Origin: Eledone cirrhosa
Taxonomy: Eukaryota
Direction: 5' to 3'
DNA length: 64,000 nt
Assembly (NCBI GenBank): GCA_964016885.1
Contig: OZ024741.1
Span: forward strand, 324,818,001-324,882,000
Each line of letters starts with the position of its first letter. Within the stretch, counting starts at the first letter, position 1. Shown here piece after piece: positions 37,816 through 64,000 of this stretch. The notes below the pieces were generated by a model. That model saw only the letters and a list, made by a program, of their open reading frames with translations, ran no database searches and was not told the DNA's origin. Made by a program: the position numbers and the translations under genes.

Positions 37816-39318
37816 GCTTTAGAATACTGATTTAATCCTGATTTAATCCATCGTTGCTTCATATTGGCAGATGTAAAGGTACGTTATCTCATGGTTAGGG
37901 TGTTGGGCTCACATTTATAAGGTTGTGGGTTTGATTCCTGGAATAGATGACACATTGTATTCTTGAGGAAGATACTTCATTTCACATTGTTCTTTATGAT
38001 AGGTTGGAGGCCCCTATTATCAAAACATCCAAGAAATTCCCTAACAAAATACAACCTTGTATAAGGCCAGCTCAACCTTCTTAGATGGAAGCTGTTTATT
38101 TCATTTTTCATTTCCATATATGTAATGCATTAGCAGAGTAGTTACAATTTCATATTAAGTACATTGGTGTGTTCTGGATTTTGGCATTCTGAGTTTAAAT
38201 CCTGCTGAAGTCAACTTTGCTTTTCATCCTCCAGAGGTTGATATATAACAAAGTACCTGTAACGTACTGGGGACTGACAGAACTAAATTTCTGGCCTTGT
38301 GACTAGATTAGAAGCAATTGTTTTTTCATTTCTTAAAGGCAGTAGATTAGCAGAATCATTAGAGAGTCAAAGTGTCAAACAAATGTGCCTGGTAGTATTT
38401 CATGATGGTCCTTTATGTTCTGAGTTGAAATTCCACCAGGGTCAACTTTGCCTTTCTTCCTTTCAAGAGGTGATAAAATCAGGAATCTATTACATATTAA
38501 GTTGATTTAATTATCTAACCCATCCGATTTCCCCAAATTTCTAGCCTTGTGTCTATGTTACAAAGCCTTATTTTTCCATTTCTTAACCCTTTTGTTCCCA
38601 TATTTTGAAAAGTAATCAAGAATTTAGAAAGATTTAGTAATATAATTAACTTACTCATCATTAAGGTAATGTAGTCATGAACTGGGTTGATTTAATCAAC
38701 TTTGCCCCAAATTTCTGCTAAATTAAAAATCAATTCTAGGTTGTAGAGGGTGGACTTAATTTATCGCCTATTTTAACACCACCATTTGGCCCTTGGATGC
38801 CTTTCATGGAGTCCACTCTGTTGCAAGTTTTCGAGTCAGGCCTCTGGCTCCAGAATACCTTACTCCCTTGCTCCCTTCCCCATAAGTCTTGGATGGGGGG
38901 GGGGGGTGAAAAGGGTCATAAACATTGCCCTTCCCTCCACAACAAAACAATTTAAAAAAACAACACATTAACAAACACAAAAATGAACAAATAAAAAAAA
39001 AAAAACAGTTACTACCATCCCCACCCGTACCCCCACTCCAGCTATGTTCGGGTTTTGTTCTACACCCACCCCACAACAACAACAACAACAACAACAACAA
39101 CAGTGTAAAATCAAAACATTAAAAGGGAGCAACAACAACTGCACAATAAAATGAAAATATTAAAAGGAAATAACAATAACAACAACAGCAACATTAACAA
39201 AGATATTGAAAAAAAAATAAAAACAATAATAAAAAAAATTATTTTTAAAATTCAAAAAATTACCATCCCCCCCCCCCTGCCCCCAAAAAACGGTCAAAGA
39301 GAAGATTGTGAGATGGAG

Positions 39319-62881
<23,563 letters not shown>

Positions 62882-64000
62882 CTAAAATATACAATATAAG
62901 CATCATTCCTACTATGTCCTTCCTTTGTTTTTATCTTTTTAAAACAGAGAATGATTTGACTGCTATTTCTTGCAGGTCACAATACCAAGTAAAGACTTAC
63001 TTTCCTTGCTAGCTTACCATGACAAAAAAAAAGAAAAGGAAATGACTTGATCATCAGACTGGACCTAAGAAATAATTGTTTCTACTTTTGACACATGGCC
63101 AGCAATTATCTCAGCACATTACTGGTACTTTATTTTATCGACCCCATAAGGTTGAAAGGCAAAGTTAACCTCGGCGGGATTTGAACTCAGATCATAAAGG
63201 GCCGTAACTCTATGCTCCAAAGCATGGCATCTGACCCTCTACCGATACTGCCAAACAACCACCCTGGACCTAGGAAATAATGCTTCCATTAATCTTTCCA
63301 TTGCTCCAGGTAGTAGAAAGATGTAGGCTTTGAACTAAAAACACATAGAGCCAGAACAGACACTACATTTGTGTCTTCTACTCTAACCATTAGTTGGTTA
63401 ACACTCCAAGCTATAGGAGAAGACCCTTGTTGAAAAGATTGTGCTGAGGGATTGAACCCAGAAGTGTATGGTTGCACAGTGAAGTCCTTAACCACACAGC
63501 CATGACTGTGATAACTATAATGACTAACAAAACAATGTACCTCAATAAAGTCTATGTATTCTGTAAACATGTCTAACTAAAAGCAACCAGGAATGATAAC
63601 TAACCACATATCCTGCCAGTGTTTTGACGGCTTGCTGTTATTTTCAAAGAGGATTTTCATCACACACACACACATATATATGAAATATTATCACACCAAA
63701 ACTACATGTTGTTGTTCAACATATGACATTTTTTCTATTTTTATTTTATTTTATTTTATTTTATTTTATTTTATTTTATTTTATTTTATTTTATTTTATA
63801 TATAAGCAATAGCCTTATAAGGTATTTTTTAGTTCTTTGCTGTTGTTGTTTAGCCATAAATCAGCCATGACCCAGCAGACCTACAGAAAAAAGTAAAAGG
63901 CCCCATTTACTCATTGACTGGTCATAGGTTATGTACCCATGGCTGACTCACCTTGGGTTTGCCTTCCCAAAGCACAAGCCTGAGCAAGGTGTTTTGTTAA

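Noticed and set aside
63952-64000. Possible further MEGF exon (AAG|GTGAGT donor on minus strand)
   Set aside because: The frame needed to join exon 62881 gives no EGF cysteine pattern; the sequence looks repeat-derived and is cut by the window edge

Overview
AT-rich, microsatellite- and SINE-dense animal DNA, most consistent with an octopus (coleoid cephalopod) genome; this is inferred from the SINE families, (TA)n load and tandem C2H2 gene. There are two host genes, both on the minus strand: (i) a single-CDS-exon 16-finger C2H2 zinc-finger gene (6098-7459), and (ii) the 3' part of a MEGF10/11/Draper-like EGF-repeat receptor, 11 exons read by hand from 62881 to 39319 (GT-AG, phases consistent; TM segment and NPIY motif). 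Between them lies a three-level transposon nest. A CsRn1/kabuki-type Gypsy LTR element (18253-28540) is split in RT by a ~5 kb hAT element. The hAT transposase is split in turn by the 3' end of a CRE-type non-LTR element, which creates an in-frame transposase::restriction-like-endonuclease ORF. The most notable unannotated layer is a set of type I hammerhead ribozyme motifs in Penelope-like terminal repeats. These include one complete U3:A8 variant at 33182-33269 and a ~210-290 bp repeat family with covarying stem II that repeatedly forms fold-back palindromes. The window also has a small LTR-bounded element, several MITEs (Tigger-, hAT-, piggyBac- and mariner-type), RTE and R4/Dong LINE relics, and minisatellites. 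All calls are by eye; no database search was run.
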